The notes beneath the pieces are model-generated. The model ran no database searches, was not told where the DNA came from, and saw only the letters and a program-made list of their open reading frames with translations. From Bacteroidales bacterium (GTDB taxonomy: Bacteria; Bacteroidota; Bacteroidia; Bacteroidales; P3): DNA of 64,000 bases. Within the stretch, counting starts at the first letter, position 1. The number at the start of each line of letters is the position of its first letter. Positions 17,721 through 27,622 of the stretch are shown piece by piece. A program made the position numbers and the translations under genes. The stretch covers positions 1,855-65,854 of the forward strand of contig JAZNHG010000035.1 in the NCBI GenBank assembly GCA_045576855.1, given 5' to 3'.

Positions 17721-17738
17721 AACATTAAACCATAAACC

Positions 17739-19328
17739 ATGTACACCAAAGAACAAGGACTGTATATAGCCCACTGCGACGAGGGAGCCCTCGCACTGGT
17801 GGGCCGCATGGCCAACCGCCACGGACTGATAGCCGGCGCCACCGGCACCGGCAAGACCGTCACCCTGCAGGTGATGGCCGAGACCTTCTGCCAAGCCGGC
17901 GTGCCCTGTTTCATGGCCGACATGAAGGGCGACCTCAGCGGCATCAGCCAGGCCGGACAGATGAGCTCGTTCATTGAGAAACGCAAGGACGCCTTCGGGG
18001 TCCCCAACCCCGAATTCCAGCCCTGTCCCGTGCGCTTCTACGACGTGTTGGGCGAACAGGGCCACCCCATCCGCGCCACCGTGAGCCAGATGGGTCCGCA
18101 GCTGCTCAGCCGCCTGCTGGGCCTGAACGAGACGCAGGACGGCGTGCTGAACATCGTGTTCCGCATCGCCGACGAGAACGGCCTGCTGCTGCTCGACATG
18201 AAGGACCTGCGCGCCATGCTCGATTTCGTGGCCCGCCACGCCAAAGAATACACCACCCAGTACGGCAACATCAGCACCGCCACCGTGGGTGCCATACAGC
18301 GCTCGCTGCTGCAACTCGACGCCCAAGGGGCCGACCGCTTCTTCGGCGAGCCCTCGTTCGACATATACGACCTGCTGCAGACCGATGGCGGCAAGGGCAT
18401 CATGAATGTGCTGGCGGCCGACAAGCTGATGCTGCAGCCCAAACTCTACAGCACCTTCCTGCTCTGGCTCCTCTCGGAACTCTACTCCACCCTGCCCGAG
18501 GTGGGCGACCAGGAGCTGCCGCGTCTGGTCTTCTTCTTCGACGAAGCCCACATGCTCTTCGAAGACACCTCCAAGGCCCTCGTCGACAAGATAGAGCAGG
18601 TGATACGCCTCATCCGCTCCAAAGGCGTGGGTATCTACTTCGTCACCCAGAGCCCGACCGACATACCGGAGAACATACTGGGCCAGCTGGGCAACCGCGT
18701 GCAGCATGCCCTGCGCGCCTATACCCCCAAGGACCAGCGCGCCGTGCGCACCGCCGCCGACACCTTCCGCCCCAATCCGAAATTCAAGACCGACGAGGCC
18801 ATCATGAACCTCGAGACCGGCGAGGCCCTGGTGAGCCTGCTCGACGAGAAAGGCGCCCCCGGCATGGTGCAGCGCGCCAAGATTCTCTTTCCCCTGAGCC
18901 AGATTGGCGCCATCACCGACAGCCAGCGCGCCGACATCATACGCGGCAGCCGCCTGTACGGCAAATACGACAAGATGGTGGATCGCGAGAGCGCCTTCGA
19001 GGTGCTGCTCCGGCAAGCCGAAGCCGCCGAAGCCGAAGAGGCCGAGCAAGCCGTGGTCGAGCAGCCGGAAGCCCCGGTAGCCACCGCCGACAAGCAGCAG
19101 CCCGCCAGAGAGAAAAAGAAGAGCGGTCTGGCCAGCAAGATACTGAAGTCGGTGCTCACCGCCGCCACCGCTACCCTGGCCACCGCCGCCGGTACCGCCG
19201 TCAGCAATGCCGTCAGCGGCAAGAAGACCAAGAGCAAGACCTCCGTCGGCCAGAAGATAGTCAAGAACACCACCAGCAGCGTGACCCGCACCCTGACGCG
19301 CGACATACTGGGCAACCTGCTGAAATAA
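17739..19328 (+). CDS. HerA-like ATPase, DUF853 (YjgR) family
   Basis: 529 aa. Walker A GATGTGKT, Walker [10 protein letters not shown], and a low-complexity Lys/Ala/Thr-rich C-terminal tail typical of DUF853 proteins. Confidence 0.8.
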   Translation: MYTKEQGLYIAHCDEGALALVGRMANRHGLIAGATGTGKTVTLQVMAETFCQAGVPCFMADMKGDLSGISQAGQMSSFIEKRKDAFGVPNPEFQPCPVRFYDVLGEQGHPIRATVSQMGPQLLSRLLGLNETQDGVLNIVFRIADENGLLLLDMKDLRAMLDFVARHAKEYTTQYGNISTATVGAIQRSLLQLDAQGADRFFGEPSFDIYDLLQTDGGKGIMNVLAADKLMLQPKLYSTFLLWLLSELYSTLPEVGDQELPRLVFFFDEAHMLFEDTSKALVDKIEQVIRLIRSKGVGIYFVTQSPTDIPENILGQLGNRVQHALRAYTPKDQRAVRTAADTFRPNPKFKTDEAIMNLETGEALVSLLDEKGAPGMVQRAKILFPLSQIGAITDSQRADIIRGSRLYGKYDKMVDRESAFEVLLRQAEAAEAEEAEQAVVEQPEAPVATADKQQPAREKKKSGLASKILKSVLTAATATLATAAGTAVSNAVSGKKTKSKTSVGQKIVKNTTSSVTRTLTRDILGNLLK

Positions 19329-19345
19329 GCGTAGCATCGTGGACT

Positions 19346-20602
19346 GTGGTTAGCTATCAGAAACATACGCTCGGCAACGGGCTGACGGTGGTCACCCACG
19401 AATCATGGGACACACCGCTAGCCACAGTCAACCTACTCTACAATGTAGGCTCGCGCGACGAGGACCCGCAGCGCACCGGATTCGCCCACCTCTTCGAGCA
19501 TCTGATGTTCGGCGGCACGCCGCAGGTGCCCGATTTCGACAGTGTGCTCAGCGCCGTCGGCGGCGACGACAATGCCTTCACCAACTGCGACTATACCAAT
19601 TATTATATCACCCTGCCCGCCGAATCACTGGCGCTGGCCCTCAACCTCGAGGCCGACCGCATGGCACACCTCGACATCAGCGACCGCACCCTCGGAGTGC
19701 AGCAACGTGTGGTGACCGAGGAATACCACCAGCGCTACATGAACCACCCCTACGGCGACATCTGGCTCCTGCTGCGTCCGCTCTGCTACACCGTGCACCC
19801 CTACCGATGGCCTACCATAGGTGCCGATATCAAGCATGTGAGCCAGGCCACACTCGACGACGTGCGCGCCTTCCACAGCCGCTACTACCGTCCCGACAAC
19901 GCCATTCTCGCCATCGCCGCCCCGCTGAAGCACAGCGAGATGTTGCACAAGGCCGAAGAGGCATGGGAGAGCCCGCAGGCGTCCGGCACCGCGCAGTCCA
20001 CAGCCACATGCCGCACCCTCGCCTACCCCTCCGAACCCGAACAGACAGCCAACCGCCTGCTGCGCGTGCAGCGCGACGTGCCGGCCTCGGCAGTCTATCT
20101 GGCTTACCCTATGGGTGACCGCTTCTCGCCCCACTTCCGCGCCTGCGACCTCATCAGCGACATACTGGGCAATGGCACCTCCAGCCGCCTGCACCGCCGC
20201 CTGGTGGTGGAGCAACAACTATTCACCGAAGCCGATGCCTGCATCAGCGGCGAGGCCGGTCCCGGACTGTTGGTACTCAACGGCAAGCTGCGCGACGGCG
20301 TCAGTCCCGACCAAGCCGCCGATGCACTGCGCTGCGAAGCGATGCTGCTGACCGAGAATCCTGTGTCGGACTATGAGTTGCAGAAGGTACAGAACAAGTA
20401 CGAGAACACCTTCGTGCTTTCGCAATACAAAGTTTCCGACCGTGCACTCTCGCTCTGCCACTACACATGGGTGGGCGATACCGATCTGGTGAACAGGGAG
20501 CCGGAGGAATACCGCCGGGTGACACCCACACTGCTGATGGAGGCTGCCCGGGCCGTGCTCGACCCCAAGAAAGAGAACTGCCTATATTACGAAAGAATAT
20601 GA
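19346..20602 (+). CDS. M16-family (pitrilysin/insulinase-like) zinc peptidase
   Basis: 418 aa with the inverted zinc motif HLFEHLMFGGT. Confidence 0.85.
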   Translation: MVSYQKHTLGNGLTVVTHESWDTPLATVNLLYNVGSRDEDPQRTGFAHLFEHLMFGGTPQVPDFDSVLSAVGGDDNAFTNCDYTNYYITLPAESLALALNLEADRMAHLDISDRTLGVQQRVVTEEYHQRYMNHPYGDIWLLLRPLCYTVHPYRWPTIGADIKHVSQATLDDVRAFHSRYYRPDNAILAIAAPLKHSEMLHKAEEAWESPQASGTAQSTATCRTLAYPSEPEQTANRLLRVQRDVPASAVYLAYPMGDRFSPHFRACDLISDILGNGTSSRLHRRLVVEQQLFTEADACISGEAGPGLLVLNGKLRDGVSPDQAADALRCEAMLLTENPVSDYELQKVQNKYENTFVLSQYKVSDRALSLCHYTWVGDTDLVNREPEEYRRVTPTLLMEAARAVLDPKKENCLYYERI

Positions 20603-21576
20603 GTCTACTGGAAAGAATAAAGACATTACCTAAACGGTTTGTGACGTGGCTATGCAACGTCAACTGGCGCCATGTGGGACGGCAGACTATCGACGGCATA
20701 GGCCGCGTGTTGCACAAGATACTGTTCAGCTGGCTTCTGCCCAAGAAGTATCGCAACATCACCAAAAGACAGATATTCGAGATTATCTTCAAAAGCGACA
20801 CGCCGGCCGGCAAGACCTTCGACGTATGGTTGCTCATCGCCATTGTCGCCAACATACTGGTGCTGGTGGCCGACAGCCTGTTCGGCAGCACCAGTACTAT
20901 CACCACTGGCGCCCATATGAGCCTCTCGTTCTGGATAATCAAGATTTTGGAATGGGGCTTCACACTGCTGTTCACTTTTGAATACTATCTGCGTATCTAC
21001 TGCCTGAAACGGCCGCTGAAATACGTCACCTCCTTCTGGGGCATTATCGACTTCCTGAGCATCTTCCCGGCCTACCTGAGCCTCTTCTGGCCCACAGGAC
21101 AGGCTCTCACCGTGCTGCGACTGCTGCGCACCATGCGTATATTCCGCATATTCCGCCTGCAGCGTTTCCAAGATGCCAGTGCAATGCTGATGAATGCACT
21201 GAAGAACAGCGCTCTGCGCATCATGGTATTCATGCTCTTTGTGCTGGTGGCCGCCATCATCATGGGTACAATGATGTACTCCATTGAAGGCAGCGTGAAC
21301 GCCGAATTCAACAACGTGCTGAGCGGTATCTACTGGGCTGTGGTGACCATCACCACCGTAGGTTATGGCGACATTGTGCCCATCACACCCGTAGGACGAT
21401 TTATAGCTGTACTTGTCATGCTCCTCGGTTACTCCATCATCGCTGTGCCTATGGGCATCGTGGCAGGCGAGACCATCAACGAGCACCAGAAAAGCAAGAA
21501 GAAACGCCATTCGCAGAAGGTTGTAGAAGATATGGAGAAGGACTTCGACGAAGAGGACGATGCCATCAGACACTAA
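20599..21576 (+). CDS. voltage-gated-type potassium channel (Ion_trans family)
   Basis: Start taken at MSLLERIK (ATGA overlap with the M16 stop). S4-like LRLLRTMRIFRIFRL and the selectivity filter TTVGYGD. Confidence 0.85.
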   Translation: MSLLERIKTLPKRFVTWLCNVNWRHVGRQTIDGIGRVLHKILFSWLLPKKYRNITKRQIFEIIFKSDTPAGKTFDVWLLIAIVANILVLVADSLFGSTSTITTGAHMSLSFWIIKILEWGFTLLFTFEYYLRIYCLKRPLKYVTSFWGIIDFLSIFPAYLSLFWPTGQALTVLRLLRTMRIFRIFRLQRFQDASAMLMNALKNSALRIMVFMLFVLVAAIIMGTMMYSIEGSVNAEFNNVLSGIYWAVVTITTVGYGDIVPITPVGRFIAVLVMLLGYSIIAVPMGIVAGETINEHQKSKKKRHSQKVVEDMEKDFDEEDDAIRH

Positions 21577-21591
21577 TAAAGCACCACACAT

Positions 21592-23985
21592 ATGGGCAAC
21601 CGCATCTACACATTCCTACTATTGTTGATTTCCTGCTGCTGCAGCTTGCGGGCCCAGACGGTCAGTGGCACCGTCAGCGATGTATCCAATGGCGAAACCC
21701 TTATCGGAGCCACCGTGCTTGAAGAAGTCAGTGGCAAAGGCACTGTCACCAATGCGCAGGGCCGCTACACCCTGACCCTTTCGAACGACACTGCACGCCT
21801 ACGCATAAGTTACATCGGATATCAGACTGTACACCATACTGTCGCCCTGCGAGGGAACCAACAGCTCAACGTACAGCTGCAGCCTTCCGTCGAACTGGAT
21901 GAAGTCTCCATCACGGCCGAACGCATCAACAGTCCGAAAGCAAGCCAGATGAGTGCTTTGGAGATGCCCGTAGAGCAACTGAAACTTGTGCCTGTCATCT
22001 TTGGAGAGACCGACGTGCTGAAAGCCATACAACTTCTGCCCGGCGTACAGGGGGGAACAGAAGGCATGAGCGGCATCTACGTCAGGGGGGGCGGGGCCGA
22101 CGAGAATCTCTTTCTGCTCGACGGGGTCCCCCTATACAATGTAAACCACCTTGGCGGGTTCTTCAGCGCATTCAATGGCGACGCTATCAAAAATGTCACC
22201 CTATACAAGGGTTCCTTCCCCGCCCGTTTTACCGGGCGTATCAGTTCGGTGCTCGACATCACTACCAACAATGGCAACGACCGCGAATGGCACGGCGGCG
22301 CGTCAGTCGGTTTGATGAGTGCCAAGGTCAATATCGAAGGACCCATAATCAAAGAAAAGACCACCCTCAGCGTCTCGCTCCGCCGTACCTATGGCGACCT
22401 GCTTCTACAGCCACTGATTATGGCTGTCACTGCCTCCCAGACTGAGGGAACAGGCACAGCCAACGCCGGATACTACTTCTACGACCTCAATGCCAAGGTG
22501 ACCCACAAGTTCAGCGACCGTTCTCGGATATATGCCATGTGGTATTCCGGCGACGACAAGGCATACATGCGCGTGCGAACCAATTACTATATGGGCGACA
22601 CGGAGCACCTCAGCCTTGGCTACCGATGGGGCAATCTCGCCACCTCGCTACGCTGGAACTACGAGCTTACGCCAAAACTCTTCATGAATGTCACGGGCTC
22701 ATACACCCGCTACCGGCAACGGCTCAGCCTGGGTGTTGAGGAGGCGTATGTGGAAGACGGTTCACCCTACCGAAGCGAGGCCGAGGCCAAACTCAACTCA
22801 GGCATCAACGACCTCACCGGTCGAGTCGATTTCGACTACACACCCTCACCAGACCACAACATACGGTTTGGGTCCTCATTCACCCACCACCTCTTCCGCC
22901 CACAGGTGCAGACCATCCGCGAAAGCGCCACCGGCGAGCAAGACTTCAACCACACTATCGGAGAGAAAGACATTGCGGCGGGTGAAGCATCGCTCTATGC
23001 CGAAGACGACTGGAGCGTCTGCGATGCCCTGAAGTTCAACAGCGGCATAGCGCTGACAGGCTTTCTTGTACAGAACCACTTCTACCCCTCCGTACAACCC
23101 CGATTCAGCGGACGCCTGATGCTCAGCGATGCCCTATCCCTTAAAGCGGGCTACAGCTACATGACGCAATACATGCACCTGCTCTCCAACAGCAACATCT
23201 CGCTGCCCTCCGACCTCTGGGTTCCGGTCACGGCCCGCATACAGCCGATGAACTCGCACCAGGTGGCCGCCGGCATATTCTACACCTGGCGGTCGCTCAT
23301 AGACTTCAGCGTCGAGGGCTACTACAAGTGGATGAACAACCTGCTGGAGTACAAACCCGGCGCCTCATTCCTCGGCAGCACCGCAGGCTGGGAGAATATG
23401 GTCAGCATGGGACGCGGCTGGGCTTATGGCATCGAGTTCCTGGCCCAGAAGAGCTTCGGCCAGATTACTGGTTGGTTTGGTTATACATGGAGCCGTACCA
23501 TGCGCCAATTCGACACCCCCGGCGAGGAGCTCAACGGAGGTCGCCCCTTCCCCGCTAAATACGACCGCATCCACGACATCAGCATCACCCTCCAGTACAA
23601 GCCCAACAAGCAGTTCGACGCTGGCATCACCTGGGTCTACTGCACAGGAAACACGGCCACCCTCGCTCTCCAGCAAATAGAGAACGTCAACGGTGGCTAT
23701 TGGGACAACAGTCTCGACTTCGTGGAAAGCCGCAACAACTTCCGCCTGCCAGCCTACCACCGCATGGACATCAGTGTCAACTTCCACAAACAGAAGAGAC
23801 ACGGCATCCGCACATGGAACATCAGCGTCTACAACCTCTACAACAGACAGAACCCCTTCCTCATCTATCCCAAGACCGAATATGCCTCCTCAACCGACGG
23901 CCAGAGTTTCCGCTCCTTCACCGGTCTCTACCAACGCTCGCTCTTCCCCATCATGCCATCCGTCTCCTACATCTATAAGTTCTAA
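21592..23985 (+). CDS. TonB-dependent receptor with a CarboxypepD_reg-like N-terminal domain
   Basis: 797 aa. Signal peptide, GTVSD..GETLIGATV, a plug region (PGV..G......VRGG..DENLFLLDGVPLYN), and a C-terminal aromatic residue (YKF). Confidence 0.85.
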   Translation: MGNRIYTFLLLLISCCCSLRAQTVSGTVSDVSNGETLIGATVLEEVSGKGTVTNAQGRYTLTLSNDTARLRISYIGYQTVHHTVALRGNQQLNVQLQPSVELDEVSITAERINSPKASQMSALEMPVEQLKLVPVIFGETDVLKAIQLLPGVQGGTEGMSGIYVRGGGADENLFLLDGVPLYNVNHLGGFFSAFNGDAIKNVTLYKGSFPARFTGRISSVLDITTNNGNDREWHGGASVGLMSAKVNIEGPIIKEKTTLSVSLRRTYGDLLLQPLIMAVTASQTEGTGTANAGYYFYDLNAKVTHKFSDRSRIYAMWYSGDDKAYMRVRTNYYMGDTEHLSLGYRWGNLATSLRWNYELTPKLFMNVTGSYTRYRQRLSLGVEEAYVEDGSPYRSEAEAKLNSGINDLTGRVDFDYTPSPDHNIRFGSSFTHHLFRPQVQTIRESATGEQDFNHTIGEKDIAAGEASLYAEDDWSVCDALKFNSGIALTGFLVQNHFYPSVQPRFSGRLMLSDALSLKAGYSYMTQYMHLLSNSNISLPSDLWVPVTARIQPMNSHQVAAGIFYTWRSLIDFSVEGYYKWMNNLLEYKPGASFLGSTAGWENMVSMGRGWAYGIEFLAQKSFGQITGWFGYTWSRTMRQFDTPGEELNGGRPFPAKYDRIHDISITLQYKPNKQFDAGITWVYCTGNTATLALQQIENVNGGYWDNSLDFVESRNNFRLPAYHRMDISVNFHKQKRHGIRTWNISVYNLYNRQNPFLIYPKTEYASSTDGQSFRSFTGLYQRSLFPIMPSVSYIYKF

Positions 23986-23989
23986 AGCC

Positions 23990-24991
23990 ATGAAAAAGCC
24001 CATCCTCTACCTATTGATAGCCTTCGGGTTGCTCACTTCCTGCGAAAAGATGATTGACCTCGACATAGAAGACCTGCAGCCGCAGCTTGTCGTCAATGCT
24101 CTGGGTGCAACCGGAGAACCATTGTCGGTCGTCCTCACCGAAAGCCGCCCAGTGTTCGGAATCCACAATTCCGACGAAGATTTCCCGCGTGTCACCGACG
24201 CCACAGTCACACTGACGGTGAACGGAGCCTCACCCCTCACCGCAAGCCGCGACAGCAACTGCTATACCCTGCCCTACATCCCACAGGCCGGAGACAGTCT
24301 GGCGCTACGGGTCGAACGCCCGGGACATACACCTGCCACAGCCTCGGCCATCATACCCAATGCCCCCACTGTCGGCCCCATCGAACAGCCCACGACAACC
24401 ACCAATGACGGGTATTACAATGAAGTGCTCACCTTCAGCATCCCGCTCTCCGACCCCGGGGCCGGCACCGACTACTACTACATTACCCTGCATCGCACCG
24501 ATACCATCATCTGCACCTACCTCGACAGCGACAACACCGTCACCGCCATCGACACCACATACAACACCAGCAACTGGTTCGAATGCCGCGACCAACTCGT
24601 GGTCACCGAGGTTGACGTGCTAGGCATGATCGACCGAATGGATGCCCCTACCTACTACGGAGAAATGCTGCTCTTCAGCGACGAACGCTTCAACGGGCAA
24701 TCACACAACATACAGATTTCCAATTACTTCTATATAGACGAATACAGCACGGGATACGATTCCTTCGACACCCGTATCGTAGTCCACTCCACCTACACCA
24801 TTGATGTGGCTTCCCTCAGCCGCGACACATACCTCTACCTCAACTCGCTCCAAGCGCTTGAGTACAGCGACGAAATCACCAGCTTCTTCTCCGAGCCGGT
24901 ACAACTCCTGACCAACGTTGACGGCGCCATCGGCATCCTGGGCATCGCCAACAAGACAAGCCATACCTGCCACTATACCCACGAACTATGA
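23990..24991 (+). CDS. DUF4249-family lipoprotein, the usual partner of this TBDR class
   Basis: Start taken at MKKPILYLLIAFGLLTSCEK (lipobox), 5 nt after the TBDR stop. The family call is from memory of the TBDR-DUF4249 gene pairing. Confidence 0.6.
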   Translation: MKKPILYLLIAFGLLTSCEKMIDLDIEDLQPQLVVNALGATGEPLSVVLTESRPVFGIHNSDEDFPRVTDATVTLTVNGASPLTASRDSNCYTLPYIPQAGDSLALRVERPGHTPATASAIIPNAPTVGPIEQPTTTTNDGYYNEVLTFSIPLSDPGAGTDYYYITLHRTDTIICTYLDSDNTVTAIDTTYNTSNWFECRDQLVVTEVDVLGMIDRMDAPTYYGEMLLFSDERFNGQSHNIQISNYFYIDEYSTGYDSFDTRIVVHSTYTIDVASLSRDTYLYLNSLQALEYSDEITSFFSEPVQLLTNVDGAIGILGIANKTSHTCHYTHEL

Positions 24992-25929
24992 CCCGCATTC
25001 TCATCTCCGACCGCACACATCCCATACTGGAAGAACGCCTGCGCCAGGCGGGCTACCACGTCAGCGTAGAGCCCGACCACGACTACCGTTCGCTGATGGC
25101 GGCCGCGCAAGGATACGACGGGCTGGTGGTGCGGAGCAAGGTGAATATAGACCGTGCCTTCATCGACGCCGTACCCACACTGCGATGCATAGGCCGCGTG
25201 GGGGCCGGCATGGAGACCATAGACACCGACTATGCCGAGAGCCGTGGCATCCGCTGCCTGAACAGTCCCGAGGGCAACCGCGACGCCGTAGGCGAGCATG
25301 CCGTGGGTCTGCTCCTGGCCCTGCTCGACAATATAGCCCGAGCCGACGCCCAGGTGCGCCGCGGACAGTGGCTGCGCGAGGCCAACCGCGGCCTCGAGCT
25401 GGGCAGCCTCACCGTGGGCATCATTGGCTACGGCAACATGGGGCGTGCCTTCGCCCAACGCCTCGGCGGCTTCGGCTGCAGGGTAATCTACTACGACAAG
25501 TACCTTGTAAGCCCTATAAGTCCTATAAGTGCCCCCATCCGCGTCAGCCTCGGGCAACTCCAGCAAGAGGCCGATGTGGTCAGCTTCCATGTGCCGCTGA
25601 CCGACGAGACGCGCCACTACCTGGACACCGCCTTCATAGCCGCTATGGCCAAGCCCTTCTTCCTGGTCAACACCGCGCGCGGTGCCGTGGTCGACACCGA
25701 GGCACTGGCCGAGGGGCTGCGCGACGGACGCATACGGGGCGCCGCACTCGACGTGCTGGAATACGAGAATATGCAGGCCGACAGCCTGGGCGACGTGCCG
25801 CCAGCCATGCAATACCTCATGCAAAGCGACCGCACGGTGCTCACCCCGCACGTGGCGGGATGGACCGCAGAATCGAAATACAAACTGGCCGCCGTGCTGG
25901 CCGATAAGATAATTGCGACACTGAGATGA
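24988..25929 (+). CDS. D-isomer-specific 2-hydroxyacid dehydrogenase family (PGDH-like)
   Basis: 313 aa. NAD-binding GIIGYGNMG, followed by VNTARG..VD and HV.G.T. ATGA overlap with the upstream gene. Confidence 0.85.
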   Translation: MTRILISDRTHPILEERLRQAGYHVSVEPDHDYRSLMAAAQGYDGLVVRSKVNIDRAFIDAVPTLRCIGRVGAGMETIDTDYAESRGIRCLNSPEGNRDAVGEHAVGLLLALLDNIARADAQVRRGQWLREANRGLELGSLTVGIIGYGNMGRAFAQRLGGFGCRVIYYDKYLVSPISPISAPIRVSLGQLQQEADVVSFHVPLTDETRHYLDTAFIAAMAKPFFLVNTARGAVVDTEALAEGLRDGRIRGAALDVLEYENMQADSLGDVPPAMQYLMQSDRTVLTPHVAGWTAESKYKLAAVLADKIIATLR

Positions 25930-26462
25930 TAATAGTAGGCAATTCAATAGTGTCCGACGATATCGCCGACCAGCGTTTCGGCTGCGACCTGTCCGTCTGC
26001 CGCGGCGCCTGCTGCGTGGAGGGCGACAGCGGTGCCCCCCTGCTCGAAGAGGAGGCGGCGCGGCTGGAGCAGGTGCTGCCCGAGGCGCTCCCGCTCATGA
26101 CGCCCGACGGGCGCGCCGCCGTCGAGGCACAAGGCGTGGCCGTGCGCAACCACGACGGCGACCTGGGCACCCCGCTCGTCGACGGCGGCATCTGCGCCTA
26201 TGCCTTCCGCACCCCCGACGGCACCGCACTCTGCGCACTGCAGCATCTCTACAAGCCCGTCAGCTGCCACCTCTACCCCATCCGCATCGAGGACTACGGC
26301 GAGTTCACCGCCGTCAACTACCACCAGTGGGACATCTGCCGCTGCGCCCGCGCCAAGGGCGAGCCTCTCTATATCGCTCTGCGCGAACCCCTCATACGCC
26401 GATTCGGCAACGAATGGTACCAAGAATTAGTCGAACAAATCAACCTACGCAACAATGGATAG
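25926..26462 (+). CDS. DUF3109-family cysteine-rich protein
   Basis: 178 aa. FGCDLSVCRGACCVEGDSGAPL matches my recollection of the DUF3109 N-terminus. ATGA overlap with the upstream gene. Confidence 0.6.
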   Translation: MIIVGNSIVSDDIADQRFGCDLSVCRGACCVEGDSGAPLLEEEAARLEQVLPEALPLMTPDGRAAVEAQGVAVRNHDGDLGTPLVDGGICAYAFRTPDGTALCALQHLYKPVSCHLYPIRIEDYGEFTAVNYHQWDICRCARAKGEPLYIALREPLIRRFGNEWYQELVEQINLRNNG

Positions 26463-27099
26463 AAAGAAACTCTCACGCCTCGTCATACTGCTGACGGCAG
26501 CCATAGTCGTCGTCGACCAGATAGTGAAAGTCCTGGTCAAGACCCACATGCAGATAGGCGACGACATAGCCGTCCTCAGCTGGCTGCACATCCATTTCGT
26601 CGAGAACGAGGGCTTTGCCTTCGGCACCACCCTGGGCGGCGTGGCAGGCAAATATGTGCTCACCCTCTTCCGTATCGTCGCCGCCGGCTTCATCGCCTTC
26701 CTCATTGCCAAGTATATACGCCACCGGCAGCGCCCCTCGCTCGTCATCAGCCTGGCGCTCATCCTTGCCGGCGCCGTGGGCAACATCATCGACAGCTGCT
26801 TCTACGGCCTCGTTTTCAACGAAAGCTACTACAGCGTGGCCTCCCTGTTCCCGCCCGAAGGCGGATACGCCGGCTTCCTGCAGGGCCGGGTGGTAGACAT
26901 GTTCTATCTGCCTCTCTTTGAGTTCGATTGGCCCAACTGGCTGCCTTTGCTGGGCGGTAAACACTTCGAATTCTTCAGCGCCATATTCAATGTGGCCGAT
27001 TCCGCGGTCACTATAGGCGTGGTGTGGCTGATTGTCGACCAACTTTTTCTTGCACCAAAAAGCTCAAAATCAGACGTCAAGGAGACAACCAACGAATAA
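26455..27099 (+). CDS. lspA: lipoprotein signal peptidase (signal peptidase II)
   Basis: 214 aa, four TM segments, VENEGFAFG and FNVADSAVTIG motifs. Confidence 0.9.
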   Translation: MDRKKLSRLVILLTAAIVVVDQIVKVLVKTHMQIGDDIAVLSWLHIHFVENEGFAFGTTLGGVAGKYVLTLFRIVAAGFIAFLIAKYIRHRQRPSLVISLALILAGAVGNIIDSCFYGLVFNESYYSVASLFPPEGGYAGFLQGRVVDMFYLPLFEFDWPNWLPLLGGKHFEFFSAIFNVADSAVTIGVVWLIVDQLFLAPKSSKSDVKETTNE

Positions 27100-27112
27100 G
27101 AGCAAAAAAAAA

Positions 27113-27144
27113 TTTGGTCAGTTCGCGAAAAGTTAGTAATTTTG
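27113..27144 (+). promoter_or_regulatory. promoter of tRNA-Phe (-33 TTTG, 20-bp spacer, -7 TAATTTTG)
   Basis: aaTTTGgtcagttcgcgaaaagttagTAATTTTGcacccg. The -7 box ends 20 nt before the tRNA 5' end. Confidence 0.6.
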
Positions 27145-27164
27145 CACCCGAAATCGAGAGAGAT

Positions 27165-27237
27165 GGCGTCGTAGCTCAGTTGGTAGAGCGAAGGACTGAA
27201 AATCCTTGCGTCACTGGTTCAAATCCAGTCGATGCCA
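27165..27237 (+). tRNA. tRNA-Phe (anticodon GAA)
   Basis: Hand-folded cloverleaf: acceptor GGCGTCG/CGATGCC, anticodon arm AAGGA-CTGAAAA-TCCTT, T-loop TTCAAAT. CCA is not encoded. Confidence 0.92.
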
Positions 27238-27240
27238 CCC

Positions 27241-27271
27241 AGAGAGACCTGACAGGGTCTCTCTTTTTTTT
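27241..27271 (+). terminator. intrinsic terminator after tRNA-Phe
   Basis: 9-bp stem agagagacc/ggtctctct with a 6-nt loop, followed by a T-run of 7-8. Confidence 0.8.
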
Positions 27272-27410
27272 GCCCCAGCGGCCGACACCATCCGCCATTC
27301 GCGCCGCCTACACCCCCACCCCGCCCTGCATACCCCGAGCCGACCGACAGCCATCGCCGTCCCACCGGTTCAACATCCACCAGTCAAACAGCCTCCCGAA
27401 ATGTTAAATA

Positions 27411-27465
27411 GGTAGGATGGTGGTAGGATGGTGGTAGGTTGATGGTACGTTGGTGGTAGGATGAC
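27411..27465. repeat. 11-bp tandem array GGTAGGATGGT, 5 units
   Basis: ggtaggatggt ggtaggatggt ggtaggttgat ggtacgttggt ggtaggatgac. Confidence 0.9.
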
Positions 27466-27503
27466 CCTAATTAGGGCGGAGGGTAGAAGGCGGAGGTTGG
27501 AGC

Positions 27504-27622
27504 GATGAATGATGAATGATAAATGATGAATATCAACTGACTACCAACTGTCAACTGTCAACTGCCAACTGCCAACTCTCAACTCTCCATTCTCAATTCT
27601 CAATTCTCAATTTTCAATTCCC
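27504..27622. repeat. continuous 7-bp register of 17 units whose sequence drifts along the array
   Basis: gatgaat gatgaat gataaat gatgaat atcaact gactacc aactgtc aactgtc aactgcc aactgcc aactctc aactctc cattctc aattctc aattctc aattttc aattccc. Confidence 0.9.

Noticed and set aside
17474-17735. ORFs translated through the heptamer arrays as repeat peptides: (ESGEWRV)n on the plus strand and (LSTLHSP)n on the minus strand.
   Set aside because: A 7-nt period read in three frames trivially gives a 7-aa repeat whenever no stop occurs. There is no promoter, start context or non-repeat domain. The same arrays occur elsewhere in frames with stops.
27024-27415. ORFs 27024-27407 and 27206-27415 spanning tRNA-Phe and its terminator.
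   Set aside because: They run through a clear tRNA gene, an intrinsic terminator and C-rich repeat-element DNA, and have no protein-like features.
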